A stretch of 60,813 nt of DNA from Methanomicrobiales archaeon (GCA_037137755.1 JBAXJR010000011.1:1-60813), one strand, 5' to 3'. Positions 1 through 10,917 are shown, numbered from the stretch's first letter. Notes: generated by a model from the letters alone, not told the origin. A program made the numbers and translations.

Positions 1-2720
1 GTGGAGATCCGGTCACTCGACCTCGTGATCCGGGTGAAATAGTCCTCAAGTGTTGGATCATGGGCTTTATTCTGTAATAACTTAAGAAACCCATTCAACG
101 CAAGAAGCTGGTTGTTGATGTCATGCCGGGTTATACCGGAAAGCAGGTTGAGTTTCTTGTTCGCCTGGCGGAGCGCCTCTTCCGCCTGCTTGCGAGGGGT
201 AATATCTTTGGATGAACAGATTGCAGAAACAACAGATCCGTTCTCATCTTTGACCGGAACTATGGTTGTCACATAATACCGGTCGCCACCAGGGTGGGGA
301 ACACGGACCTCGATGACTTTCTCATTCCCGGTGGCAAAGACCATGCGAAGGGAGGAAAACCGTTTCTCTGCCTCCTCTTTGTCGAACACTTCCCAGATCT
401 TTTTTCCGGTGATCTGGTCAACAGGCTTTCCCACACCGGTCGCGAAAGCACGGTTGACGTACCGGTAGGTCCCGTCCGGGTAGAACGAGAAGACCGGGTC
501 CAGAGACTCATCAAGAAGAATGCGGTACTTCTCCTCACTTTCCCGCAGTGCTTCCTCAGCCCGTTTGCGTTCAGTGATATCCTCGGCGATTTCCACAACA
601 CCGATTAAATTTCCAGTTTCGTCGAATACCGGCTCGCCCCTCTCGTCCCAGACCCTGCCATCCGGGGTTTGCATAATGATATGTTCTGACCGCTTTGTTT
701 CAAATGCTCTTAATGTCGGGCAGTCTTCGCAGGGTCTGGCCGGGTCCGCCCAAAAAGAATGACAGGTATGACCGACCATATCAGATGGCTTTTTGTTAAC
801 AGATTCTGCTGCTACCTTGTTCGCCCAGAGTATTTTCAAATCCCTGTCTACAAATGCAATGTTGGTGGTAATGCCGTTTAAAATTGCGATTTTTTGTGCT
901 TCACTCTCGTGCAGCGCCCGCTCGTTCTCTGCGAGGGCATCGAGCTGATATTGTAGTTCTTCACCAGTTACAGCCAGTTCCTCACTTTTCCTGATGAGTT
1001 CTTCCTGCGCCCGTTTGCGGTCGGTGATGTCCCAGAAAACGCCAAGCAGACCAACGATTTCCCCGGTATTATCTCTTACCACGGTCTTGATCGTGTGGAC
1101 CCACGTCTCTTCTCCTTCCAGAAGGTACCGCTCATCGAATTCCTCTGTCTGGCCGGTTTCTAATACCTTCACATCATTTGCGTGGTATATGGCTGCGAGT
1201 TCTGCCGGAAATAAATCGGCATCTGATCTGCCAACTATTTCATCAGGTAAAATCCCAAGGTCACGGGCGAAATTTTCATTAATTGAGAAATACCGGGAAT
1301 CGCGGCCCTTTATGAAGATCTTTTGTGGAATATTTTCTACGATTGTCCTGTATCTTGCCTCGCTTTCCAGGAAAGCATCCTCAACCCGCTTGCGTTCCTC
1401 GAGCAATTTTATTTTAATCAATGCCAGACTAATCTGCTTGGCTGCCGATTCAAGAAATGCAATGTCTTCAGGAGTCCATTGTCTTTGTTCCAAAATCTGG
1501 TTCAATGTAAATACATAGTACCCATGTTCATCAAAGGCAAAGGGATACCAGATTAAACTTTTTATCTTAAAATGCTCATGAAGAATTTTTCCTGATCCAT
1601 CATGTATAAAATGCTTATTTACTGCATTGGAATGGCTTTCGAGATATTTCTGGGTCCTTTTTATTTCTGTAAAGGGACTTAAAAACATATCCAGCGGATA
1701 TTCACCTTTCGTAGGTTCAATATCCGGATGACCCTGTTTTAACCATTCACATAACGCGTAAATGTGATTCTTCTCAAATGAAACATCGTAGATCAACGCC
1801 CGGTCCAGCTGTAGCGTTTTACCGATAATGCGGTTTGCACATTCCAAGATGTCTTCAGAATTATCATTGCTTATAATAACTTCAGAAATTTTGTTCAATG
1901 CTTTCATAAATAATAACTGCTGATCACGGTAAGCTTCCGCCACTTTACGCCCGGTGATATCAGTAATAAATCCTTCAAGAAAGAGCAACCGGCCGTCATC
2001 TGAAAAAATACCCCTTCCCCGTTCCCAGACCCAGCGTGTCTCTCCGGTTTTGGTAATGACTGGATACTCTGCTTCAATGACCTCCCTCTTTTCCAGAAAG
2101 TTCTGAACGTTATCCCAGAGCTTCTTCTGGAACTCTGGATGAACGAGATCGTTGTAAGTCGGAAATGTATTGTTAAGGAGTTCATCGGGGGCATAACCGG
2201 TTATTTCCTGGCATCCATCGCTTATATAATACATCGTCCAGTCGGGATCGTTGGCACAGCGGTACACAAACCCGGGTAGGTTACTGATCATTGTCTCATG
2301 GACGCGTTCGCTCTCGCGCAACTTCTTCTCCGCACTTTTCCGCTCCACCGCTGACTTGACCTTGTGGACCAGTTCTGCGAACTGTGCGCCGGGATCGCCA
2401 CCTTTCTGGAGATAGAAGTCCGCCCCGCTGTTGATCGCCTGGATGACCACCTCTTCCCTGCCCCGGCCGGTGAACAGGATAAACGGGATTGACCCGATTT
2501 TTGCCCGGACTTCGATGAGGAACTGGATGCCATCCAAAATGGGCATCTGGTAATCTGATATAATAGCGTCAAATTGTTCCTTGATAAGGAGGTCTAAGGC
2601 AGCAGGTGCCGAACCAATAATTGTTACGGAAAAATCCCCGGATTCCTCAAGGAACACCTTGCCAATCTCCAGAAGTTCAGGCTCATCATCGACATAGAGG
2701 ACCCGGAGTGTATCTGCCAT
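1..2720 (-). CDS. Hybrid sensor kinase REC-PAS-GAF-PAS(x3)-HisKA; partial, runs off the window start
   Basis: Absent from the ORF track because no stop lies inside the window. Manual translation from ATG 2720 gives MADTLRVLYVDDEPELLEIG...IISDYQMP...FTGRGREEVVIQAINSGADFYLQKG (receiver). An intact H-box (LSGITRHDINNQL) lies near 110-150. The start overlaps the upstream stop (TAATG). Confidence 0.88.
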   Translation of the reverse strand, partial: MADTLRVLYVDDEPELLEIGKVFLEESGDFSVTIIGSAPAALDLLIKEQFDAIISDYQMPILDGIQFLIEVRAKIGSIPFILFTGRGREEVVIQAINSGADFYLQKGGDPGAQFAELVHKVKSAVERKSAEKKLRESERVHETMISNLPGFVYRCANDPDWTMYYISDGCQEITGYAPDELLNNTFPTYNDLVHPEFQKKLWDNVQNFLEKREVIEAEYPVITKTGETRWVWERGRGIFSDDGRLLFLEGFITDITGRKVAEAYRDQQLLFMKALNKISEVIISNDNSEDILECANRIIGKTLQLDRALIYDVSFEKNHIYALCEWLKQGHPDIEPTKGEYPLDMFLSPFTEIKRTQKYLESHSNAVNKHFIHDGSGKILHEHFKIKSLIWYPFAFDEHGYYVFTLNQILEQRQWTPEDIAFLESAAKQISLALIKIKLLEERKRVEDAFLESEARYRTIVENIPQKIFIKGRDSRYFSINENFARDLGILPDEIVGRSDADLFPAELAAIYHANDVKVLETGQTEEFDERYLLEGEETWVHTIKTVVRDNTGEIVGLLGVFWDITDRKRAQEELIRKSEELAVTGEELQYQLDALAENERALHESEAQKIAILNGITTNIAFVDRDLKILWANKVAAESVNKKPSDMVGHTCHSFWADPARPCEDCPTLRAFETKRSEHIIMQTPDGRVWDERGEPVFDETGNLIGVVEIAEDITERKRAEEALRESEEKYRILLDESLDPVFSFYPDGTYRYVNRAFATGVGKPVDQITGKKIWEVFDKEEAEKRFSSLRMVFATGNEKVIEVRVPHPGGDRYYVTTIVPVKDENGSVVSAICSSKDITPRKQAEEALRQANKKLNLLSGITRHDINNQLLALNGFLKLLQNKAHDPTLEDYFTRITRSSDRIS

Positions 2721-5044
2721 TATTCACTCTTCCCGGCCATCCGCCACACCCCGTTCGGCACCGTTATCTCGAACCGTGCCCCCTTGCCTGGTTCCCCGGT
2801 CTCTTCGATGGTAATGCCGGTAATATCGAGGATTTCCCGCACAAAGATGAGACCTCCCCGCGATGCACTGGTACCCTCACCACGTAAAAAGATCTGTTCC
2901 TTTATCTCCTGCGATATACCGGTCCCGTCATCTTCAAAGAAAATAGTGGCCCCTTCAGGGGTAATCGTATGCCAGACCCGGATCATTGTGACATAGTCCC
3001 CATGCTTCACCGAGTTCTCGAAAAGGTGCTGGCATACCTTTTCCAGCAGGGGATCGGCAAAGATCTCGAGGTCTCCTGTTTTTAAACTATGCTTAATTTC
3101 ACTGATGGATATATGGGACAGCCCGTGCAACAATGCCATCTTCACATTCTGCCATTTCGGGGGTTTTACACCCATGTCCTGGTAATCTTTCGAATATTCA
3201 ATGGTCTTGTTGATTAACCGGACCTCCTGGATGCCTTTTTGCAAGAGTTCAATGATTTGGTCCTGTCCGGCTAGTTGATTTTTTGTCAGTTCTAGGTAGC
3301 TACTCAGGACAAAGGTCTGGCTTACCAGGTCTTTTCGTGTCAGTTGGGAGAGAACATTGAGCTTCTGGTTCACCCGCTGCAATGCTTCCTCCACCCGTTT
3401 ACGCTCGGTGATGTCCAGGAATGTCACCACCGCCCCTACAACTACATCATCACGGCGTTGTGGGTACGACCAGTACTCAGCGGGGAATGATGTATCATCA
3501 GAGCGCCAGAGCACTTCGTCATCCACATGCGTACCTTCCCCTTTATTAAACGCCTGAAAAATACGGCATTCTTCGACGGGGAAGTGCGTACCATCCGGGT
3601 ACTTTGCGTGGATCTGCCAATGCATGTTCCTGCCGAGCAACTCGTCCTGGCGCTTGTATCCAAGCAGACGGAGGCATGAATTGTTGCAGAAAGTACAGTT
3701 TCCTTTCATGTCCAGACCGTATATCGCTTCGGCTGTGGAATTCAGGAGGAGACGAATTTTTTCATTACTCTCCCGCAGTGTCAAATCCTGCCGGTTCAGT
3801 TCAGCTAAATTAGCCCGGAGTTCCTCCTGTGAAGCAGTCAATTCCTCATAGGCTGCATGAAGTTCTTCTGCATTTTTAAGCAGCATTTCATCAGCCTGCT
3901 TACGATCGGTGATATCGCTGGCACTGCCCTCGCCACCAACGATCATACCGTCTTTGTTGCGTAAAGGAACAGCATTTGTAGTGTGCCAACGCCACGACCC
4001 GTCGGCATGCAGTATATGGTATTCAACCCCCGTTTGCCGTTGCCCCGTCTTGATCATAATCTGCAGAGATTCCATGCATCGTGCATTATCATCCGGATGG
4101 ACGAATTGCTGGAATGATTTCCCAACGACCTCTGTTACCGTGTGACCGAGATGCGTGGTCCAGCTCGGGGAGACGAATGTGAGTATTCCCTCCGTGTTGA
4201 GCGTGTAAATGATATCGTGGCTGTTCTCGATTAAGTGGTGGTATTTTTCCTCGCTCTCCTGTAAAGCCGCCTGGGTATTCTGGAGTTCGGCAACCTTGGC
4301 TTCAAGCCTACCGATCAGCTCCCGCAACCGGGCTGCCATATTGTTGAACGCGTTGGCAAGGACGCCTAGTTCATCGTTGCTTTTAATCTCAATTTTTGTA
4401 TCCAGGTCGCCCGATCCGATACGTTCAGATCCGTTCCGGAGTGCAGAAAGGGAGGTGAGTACTGAGCGGTTGATGAACAGGTAATTGAGTATGACAAATA
4501 CCATAAGCACGGCAAAAGAGAATAGAATAACCAGGTTAGTCCACTGCTGCACCATAAGAGTTTCGGCTTTAACCTGTTCCAGGAGCTCGGCAGACCGGGA
4601 TATTAACCTCTGGGTTTGTCCTGCAAGAGTACTTTCATAAAATTCCTTTATTTCCTGGCTCTTTCCAGGAAGCTCCATCCCAGGCTCATTATTGGTAACG
4701 CCAACCAGGTTAAAAAAAGAGGTATTCAACTCCTTTCGACTTTCGGATATTTCCTTGAGTTTGGCTTTCTGCGAAGGATCTGTTACTATGAGTTCCTGGA
4801 TCTTACCTGCCAACTCAACGTTTTTTGCATTCCAGTATTTGATCGGAATTGTCCCGCCATGTACCAGGTAATCATTCCCCAATAACGAGAGATCAAAGGA
4901 TGATTTCTCAATATTATCAATAATCTGCTGTTTTTTTTGTATTTCCTGGAGTTGTGCATTAGCGGAAAAGAGTGTGGAAATAATTAAAATTGACAGGATA
5001 GCAAAGATGATGAGGCTTACAATTACCTGTGTTTTAATTTTCAT
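2720..5044 (-). CDS. Membrane sensor (2 TM, HAMP, 2 PAS) histidine-kinase-like protein with degenerate H-box (TRKD)
   Basis: Two hydrophobic helices, HAMP (GSGDLDTKIEIKSNDELGVLANAFNNM), PAS/PAC DITERK motifs, HATPase N/G1 boxes (ENSVKHG, DDGTGI). H-box reads LTRKDL. Confidence 0.9.
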   Translation of the reverse strand: MKIKTQVIVSLIIFAILSILIISTLFSANAQLQEIQKKQQIIDNIEKSSFDLSLLGNDYLVHGGTIPIKYWNAKNVELAGKIQELIVTDPSQKAKLKEISESRKELNTSFFNLVGVTNNEPGMELPGKSQEIKEFYESTLAGQTQRLISRSAELLEQVKAETLMVQQWTNLVILFSFAVLMVFVILNYLFINRSVLTSLSALRNGSERIGSGDLDTKIEIKSNDELGVLANAFNNMAARLRELIGRLEAKVAELQNTQAALQESEEKYHHLIENSHDIIYTLNTEGILTFVSPSWTTHLGHTVTEVVGKSFQQFVHPDDNARCMESLQIMIKTGQRQTGVEYHILHADGSWRWHTTNAVPLRNKDGMIVGGEGSASDITDRKQADEMLLKNAEELHAAYEELTASQEELRANLAELNRQDLTLRESNEKIRLLLNSTAEAIYGLDMKGNCTFCNNSCLRLLGYKRQDELLGRNMHWQIHAKYPDGTHFPVEECRIFQAFNKGEGTHVDDEVLWRSDDTSFPAEYWSYPQRRDDVVVGAVVTFLDITERKRVEEALQRVNQKLNVLSQLTRKDLVSQTFVLSSYLELTKNQLAGQDQIIELLQKGIQEVRLINKTIEYSKDYQDMGVKPPKWQNVKMALLHGLSHISISEIKHSLKTGDLEIFADPLLEKVCQHLFENSVKHGDYVTMIRVWHTITPEGATIFFEDDGTGISQEIKEQIFLRGEGTSASRGGLIFVREILDITGITIEETGEPGKGARFEITVPNGVWRMAGKSE

Positions 5045-5067
5045 TGTTCAAACGACCTTTCCAACAC

Positions 5068-6072
5068 TCAATAGAGAAGGGTAACCGCATCCGGTTTCAG
5101 CCTGACCAGTGTATCCCTGTAGATATATTCTGAAAAATCCGGTACATCAGTTGCATTCGTCAGATTTTTCCGGACTCTCCAACGTGCCTCGTCTTCCATT
5201 GATGTGATGAGCGATTGGGAAAGGGTAACCGCAAAATGATGGTTCTGCCATTCCTGGTCCCGGTAATCATCAGTAAAATTTGTTATTCTTTGGGCAACTT
5301 TTTTCGCTTCTTCAGGGTGCAAATTGACATAGGTTTCTGCCTGGATGACTGATGCCAGTACCGCCTCCACGATACCGGGGTGCTCCTGTAGGGTGACCTC
5401 ATTTCCTACGAGAGAAAAGTATGCATGTTGTCCAAGGTTGGCTGGCCAGATCGTAGCATTTTCTCCCATATTCTGCCTCATCTGGTACACATAAGGTTCG
5501 AAGGAAACTGCCGCATCGATATCCCCCCTTACGAGTGCATCGACCAGTGATGCAGGTTGAAGATAGATTATCGTAATATTGCCCGATGAAAGGCCATTTA
5601 ATGTTAAAAACCGGTCCAGGAAATATTCCCCGATGGAATTCTTTGAGACCCCGATTCTTTTCCCTTCAAGGTCCTTTATCTGAATTATTCCCCTGTCCTT
5701 ACGACCAACCAGGTAAATCGTATCAGATTCTGAAAGCGTTCCGATCACCCGGATATGTTTGTTATACAGCGCAGGTTCTGATAAAGAATACTCATTAACA
5801 TAACCAAAATCAATTTTGTGATCCAGGATGTCCTGCATTGAGATCGAACCTGAAGGAGTTCGTTTAAATGTGACATTAAGACCGTGTTGTGCAAAATACC
5901 CCTGGTCACTGGCTACCAGTAACAGGGTAGATGCGGTGGTAGGACTCGGATCAATCGTTATATCCTCTATCGGTTTGATACGCTGGGCTTGAAGGGACTG
6001 CAGGTACCAGGTGCCACCGACGGTAAGGATAAGGACAATAATTATAATTCCGATGATCCGGTTTTTTTCCAT
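5068..6072 (-). CDS. NitT/TauT (SsuA/THI5-like) substrate-binding protein, membrane anchored
   Basis: N-terminal TM; GYFAQHGLNV, DLEGKRIGV and ALVRGDIDAAVSFEPY are typical of the family. Confidence 0.88.
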   Translation of the reverse strand: MEKNRIIGIIIIVLILTVGGTWYLQSLQAQRIKPIEDITIDPSPTTASTLLLVASDQGYFAQHGLNVTFKRTPSGSISMQDILDHKIDFGYVNEYSLSEPALYNKHIRVIGTLSESDTIYLVGRKDRGIIQIKDLEGKRIGVSKNSIGEYFLDRFLTLNGLSSGNITIIYLQPASLVDALVRGDIDAAVSFEPYVYQMRQNMGENATIWPANLGQHAYFSLVGNEVTLQEHPGIVEAVLASVIQAETYVNLHPEEAKKVAQRITNFTDDYRDQEWQNHHFAVTLSQSLITSMEDEARWRVRKNLTNATDVPDFSEYIYRDTLVRLKPDAVTLLY

Positions 6073-6271
6073 GGTATGTTACGACGACACCTCACTGTAT
6101 CAGAATAAAAATGTATTGAAATACTCTCATTCGCAATTCCGGAATTTATCTGTTACATAAAAAAATTTCCAGCTTTTTCAGATACTGTTTTTAACTGCAT
6201 TTACTGGAAAAGATAAAAAAACAAGACAATTGCACTCTTCAGCATTTTTTCCTGTTATCTTGTCTGGATAA

Positions 6272-9200
6272 TCACCGGTACATCCCTTTCGGCACCGAAA
6301 TCTCAAACCGGGCCCCTTTACCCGGCTCGCCTGTTTCATGAATAGTGATACCCGTGATGGCCAAAATTTCCCGTACAAGGGCTAATCCGAGCCCGGTGTT
6401 TTTACCGTATCCCCGTTCGAAGATTTTCTCCTTTTCATCCTGCGGGACCCCATCGCCGTCATCCTCGCAGACGAGACAATAGTTGCCATTACAGTCTTCG
6501 ATAGAGAATAGTATGGTCCCGATTTTACCACCATGTCGCACGGCGTTATCTATCAGGTTGAAAAAGACCTTGCCTATCAATGGATCGGCGAATACCTCTG
6601 CACCAGAAGGAAAATCATTTATTATTGTAATCTTACCGATCGTGACTTCTTTTACTGCGAGATTAACAATTGTTCGACAATCTTGCCAGTCAGGGGTATG
6701 AACACCTATTTCCTCATACTCTTTGGTGAACTGGATCATTGCGATGATACGTTCTGCGGCAGTGCTGGCCTTTTCAAAATAACTCTCAAGTATAGGGTCA
6801 TTATGCTTCTTTTTCAAAATACTAAGATATCCCCCCAGGACGGTCAGCTGGTTGTTGATGTCGTGCCGGGTAATGCTGGAGAGGATACTTAATTTTTTGC
6901 TTGTCAACTTTAGTGCATCTTCAATCCGTTTTCGTTCGGTGATGTCGCGGACCGCTGCAAGTATCATATCGCGACCCTTAATAGAGATGACATTTGCCGT
7001 GATTTCAACCGGAAAGATGCTGCCATCCTTTCTTTTGTGATATCGCACAGGTATGTAATTTGTTACCTCCCTTGTCGCTTCAGTTGTTGCATCCGGTTCG
7101 GCAGACATGAACGTATTTTTTTGGCCAATAACCTCATCCTTATGATAACCATATATCGGGCTGATCGAATCATTACAGTCGATAATTATCCCGGTATCTT
7201 TATCGACAACAAAGATCCCATCAGATTCAGCAGCAAAGAGTGCCCGGTATTTTTCCTCGCTCACTGCAAGCGCCTCTTCTGCCCGTTTACGATCCCGGTT
7301 TCCCAGGGTAATCGCAATCTGATCCGCGAGCTGGCAGGCAAATGAAATTTCGTCGTTCTCCCAGTGATGCGGACGGTCAACATGCTCGAAACAGAGGACA
7401 CCGAGGTTCTGCCCGGATACCCGTATCAATGCATCCAGCATTGAGGTAATGCGATTCGGTTTGAGGTAACCTTCTACATATCCCGCCGTGCGTGGATCCG
7501 TAAGTGGGTCATGGGCATCGATGTACTTTGCATTGCTTAACGCCAAAAACTCGTTTACAAATTCATCTCTTTTCAGGATATGGTCATAGGAGTGGCGGTC
7601 ATGCGAGGATTCATAGAGGTCAATACACTGCAGTTCATCCCCTTCACTATTGAACAGCCATACACTGACCCTTTCCACACCAAAAACCTCTGATGACACT
7701 TCAGTAAGGCGGGCTGATAGTCCGTGCACGTCTCCCGAAAAAAGGCAGGGGGAGAACGAGATCGTGCCCAATACCCCCTGCTGATCCCGGGCGCGTTTCA
7801 ATGTAGCACTAATGAACTCTTCTGCCTGTTTTCGTTGGGTGATGTCGATGATTGTGCCATCATAAGACAGTACATCCCCGTTCCTGTCTTTGATGATTCT
7901 TGCCGATATTGAGACCCAGAATGGCGTTCCATCTTGTTTAAGGTGTTCGGTTTCAAAATTTTGAACACTTCCTTTTCCCTCAAGAATTTTGCGAATCTCA
8001 TTTATACATTCCGGATTCTTATACTGCCTGCCTACGTCAGTAATGGAATTCAATGCTTCATCGACGCGGGAATAGCCGTACATCTGGACGAACGCATCAT
8101 TTATAGTAATTAATCTGCCATCGGGTGCTGTCTGGGCAAACGCTACTAAGGAATTTTGAAAAAGGTCGTAGTACTTTTTTTCACTCTCGCGCAACGCTTC
8201 CTCAGCCTGCCTCCGTTCGGCCATCTCTTCCAATAAATCCTTGTTGACCTTGGTTAGCTGGACTGTCCGTTCCTGGACCTGGATTTCCAGATTGTGGCGT
8301 GCATTGCGGAGTGCCTGTTCCGCTAGTTTATGCTCAGTGATATCCCGAAGAATAAAAGTACGGATGAGTCTGCCATTTGCCACGTGCCTGGATTGGGTGA
8401 GTTCAACCGGAAACTGCCTCCCATCTTTACATTTTCCGACTATCTCATCTGTACGCTCCATACCGGCACCAGGAGAATCCTGATCATTGTTCTTTATAGA
8501 CGTTCCCTGTGGGCCTTCCAGGACAAGCTTAAAGAAGGATTTCCCGGACAGTTCGCTTCGCGAGTATCCGAACATTCTTTCCGCCCCTGAATTCCAGAGA
8601 AGGATCCGGTCATCCTCATCTATGGTAACAATGGCGTCAGTCGCCGTCTCTACCAACTGCCTGTAGTTCTCCTCGGCATCCCCAAAGAAATTCGCAATAA
8701 CTTCATCAAGAGGAAGACCTTTTGCAGCCGCCGCCTTCCTTGTGATGAGCACCGCATACAAGAGAAAAATACACCCCAGATATTGGGCAGATCTCCCTAC
8801 CCAGCCGATGACACTGCCGACTGAGGATTGAAAGAAAACAGCCATGAGACCAATCGTGACCAGAGCCATTGCGAGGGTGTACCAGAAGAAAAATTCTGAC
8901 TTTCGTTTGGTATATGCGAACCAGAGAAGAACGGATGATATCATGAAGAATGCAACGGCATTTTCCAGGACGATCTGCCTGAGTACTGTAGGACCTGAGC
9001 CGGGAATAAAGAACGGAGGGATAATTCCCTGCAGGGTTCCAAGGCTGAACAAGGTTACAAAAAATAAAATCGCGGTATAGGTGGCAGCTATTAGCCAGGT
9101 ATTTCCTTTCCCTCTTCCGGTCATCGCGGAGGTATTACTTAGTACAGCCCCCACAAGGATGAAAATCGAGCTTGCCAATGCACAACTATTATGGATGGTC

Positions 9201-9517
9201 ACGGTCATGTTCGGACCACCAGGGAGGGGATTAACCCAGCCAGCAGCAATCGAACCAAGTCCAAAAATGAGAATCCCTGAACCGATAAGGAAGACGCTGA
9301 CGGACCCGCTTTTTGTATAAACCCTCATTGATATATAGGCGACAATAATCGGGATGATGCCAAGGAACAGGGTATTGAGAAGTCCAAGAAGAAATGCAGG
9401 TTCATAGGATAGTGGCAGGTTCAGTTTTGCAAGAAGAATTATTATAAGAAGAAAAGCCGGAATCAGTGCCAGACCGAATAACTTCTTATTGTCTATATTC
9501 GGAGGCACAGTAACCAT
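6272..9517 (-). CDS. Multi-TM (MASE3-like) PAS/GAF sensor histidine kinase
   Basis: About 8 TM helices, 3 PAS, GAF (ERVSVWLFN...GVLCFEH), H-box ITRHDINNQL, HATPase NLIDNAVRHG/DDGDG/GKNTGLGL. Confidence 0.92.
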   Translation of the reverse strand: MVTVPPNIDNKKLFGLALIPAFLLIIILLAKLNLPLSYEPAFLLGLLNTLFLGIIPIIVAYISMRVYTKSGSVSVFLIGSGILIFGLGSIAAGWVNPLPGGPNMTVTIHNSCALASSIFILVGAVLSNTSAMTGRGKGNTWLIAATYTAILFFVTLFSLGTLQGIIPPFFIPGSGPTVLRQIVLENAVAFFMISSVLLWFAYTKRKSEFFFWYTLAMALVTIGLMAVFFQSSVGSVIGWVGRSAQYLGCIFLLYAVLITRKAAAAKGLPLDEVIANFFGDAEENYRQLVETATDAIVTIDEDDRILLWNSGAERMFGYSRSELSGKSFFKLVLEGPQGTSIKNNDQDSPGAGMERTDEIVGKCKDGRQFPVELTQSRHVANGRLIRTFILRDITEHKLAEQALRNARHNLEIQVQERTVQLTKVNKDLLEEMAERRQAEEALRESEKKYYDLFQNSLVAFAQTAPDGRLITINDAFVQMYGYSRVDEALNSITDVGRQYKNPECINEIRKILEGKGSVQNFETEHLKQDGTPFWVSISARIIKDRNGDVLSYDGTIIDITQRKQAEEFISATLKRARDQQGVLGTISFSPCLFSGDVHGLSARLTEVSSEVFGVERVSVWLFNSEGDELQCIDLYESSHDRHSYDHILKRDEFVNEFLALSNAKYIDAHDPLTDPRTAGYVEGYLKPNRITSMLDALIRVSGQNLGVLCFEHVDRPHHWENDEISFACQLADQIAITLGNRDRKRAEEALAVSEEKYRALFAAESDGIFVVDKDTGIIIDCNDSISPIYGYHKDEVIGQKNTFMSAEPDATTEATREVTNYIPVRYHKRKDGSIFPVEITANVISIKGRDMILAAVRDITERKRIEDALKLTSKKLSILSSITRHDINNQLTVLGGYLSILKKKHNDPILESYFEKASTAAERIIAMIQFTKEYEEIGVHTPDWQDCRTIVNLAVKEVTIGKITIINDFPSGAEVFADPLIGKVFFNLIDNAVRHGGKIGTILFSIEDCNGNYCLVCEDDGDGVPQDEKEKIFERGYGKNTGLGLALVREILAITGITIHETGEPGKGARFEISVPKGMYR

Positions 9518-9739
9518 TACTGTCTTTAGTCTAACTTGTTCATACTCTTATGTATTGTATCCAGTAAGTTAGCCAATCAGGCTTTATTCCCCTCATTTCC
9601 CAACAAAAACCGTCCCTTTCCTATTCCTCCCATCCTGAACAGTTTCACAGAAAAAAAGAGAGCAAAAAGGATGTACACCATAAGATTAGGGAAACTGCCG
9701 GTAGAACTATGAGCCATCGCAGGAAACACACCAGATACT

Positions 9740-10117
9740 ATGATCCTCAAACATGCGAATGATGTCCCGGCTGTTCCGATGACCAAACCTGGTTTTTCAG
9801 GCATGCAGGCCCGCTTCCTTCTCACAGCGGATGATGGGTGCCCCCGTTATGCCATGCGACTGATGGAATTTGCTCCCGGGGGTCACTGTTCATTCCACAA
9901 TCACAAGGAGGAACACGAAATATATTTCCTTGAAGGGGAAGGCATTCTCAGGAATGGGACTGATACTGAGTGTGAGATTACCGCCGGTGATGCAGTCCTG
10001 CTCATGCCATGCGAGTTTCACCAAATCCGGAATACCGGCACCTGCATGCTGAAGATGATCTGCACGGTCCCACTGCTCCCTGGGAAGACCGGGAAAGAAA
10101 CCACCCCCTGCGAATGA
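9740..10117 (+). CDS. Cupin domain protein
   Basis: Cupin motifs PGGHCSFHNHKEEHEIYFLEGEG and GDAVLLMPCEFHQIRN. Confidence 0.88.
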   Translation: MILKHANDVPAVPMTKPGFSGMQARFLLTADDGCPRYAMRLMEFAPGGHCSFHNHKEEHEIYFLEGEGILRNGTDTECEITAGDAVLLMPCEFHQIRNTGTCMLKMICTVPLLPGKTGKETTPCE

Positions 10118-10199
10118 GACTTAAAAATGAATTAAAACGTATACAGATTGTAAGGTAGTAAAAATACACACCCTAAATGGGGTATTAAAAAAAACTTAT

Positions 10200-10699
10200 T
10201 CAGGTTCCGGGTGTCGCTTCCCGGTCACTGATTTCATGTGCGGTAAAAATCACACCCACAGACAGGTTGGAAGGGTCAATCGGTGTCGTCGAGAAGAGGA
10301 TAGTAATAATGGTCCCGTCTTTTTTTCTCATGCGGGTCTCAACCGAACCCTGGGCATGCATTTTCTGATAGAGCTCCCTGCCGACATAATCGAAGTCCTC
10401 CTGGTAGGGTAGATCATGCGTGCCGAATGGCCGACGATCTCTTCGGACGAATACCCGGTAGACAGGATAAAAGGGATGGTATTTCCCGAAGACCTGACGG
10501 TCTTTAACAATTCAATTCCGTCCATTCCGGGCATCTGGTAGTCTGATATTATGGCATCGTAGACCTTTGACGGTATCATCGTTAGTGCGTCGGTCGCGGA
10601 AATGGTTGTATCGACCTGGAACTGACCACTCTGCTCGAGAAAGAGTTTCCCTATTTCGAGAAGACCGGGCTCATCATCGACATATAATACTGAAATCAT
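10200..10699 (-). pseudogene. Degenerate REC-PAS gene (internal deletion plus frameshift)
   Basis: The receiver runs to ILSTG, then jumps into a PAS core (GYSSEEIVGHSARMIYPT). After a 1-nt shift at about 10403 the PAS continues QEDFDYVGRELYQKM...RKKDGTII...FTAHEISDR to TGA at 10200. Confidence 0.75.
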
Positions 10700-10767
10700 A
10701 AAACATTCAGCCCCCAGGTTTGGTAATAGTTCGAAGGTTATGGTTGAAGATTAATTATTCGGGTGAT

Positions 10768-10917
10768 TCATGAAGGTGATTCATCGTCACCGGAATAGCG
10801 GTACACAGAAAATGAGGGTACGGATAAAAATGCACCGTCCAGCTCAAGAAAGAGTTTGGCTATTTTTAGAAGTTCGGGTTCATCGTCGACACAAAGTACC
10901 CGGATAACCTCAGGCAT
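10768..10917 (-). pseudogene. Receiver-domain N-terminal stub (49 aa)
   Basis: MPEVIRVLCVDDEPELLKIAKLFLELDGAF, followed by non-homologous sequence and a stop. The start is coupled to the upstream kinase stop (TAATG). Confidence 0.75.

Noticed and set aside
269-2572. Numerous short ORFs listed in the first 2.6 kb
   Set aside because: They are alternate-frame or antisense shadows of the partial hybrid kinase starting at 2720.
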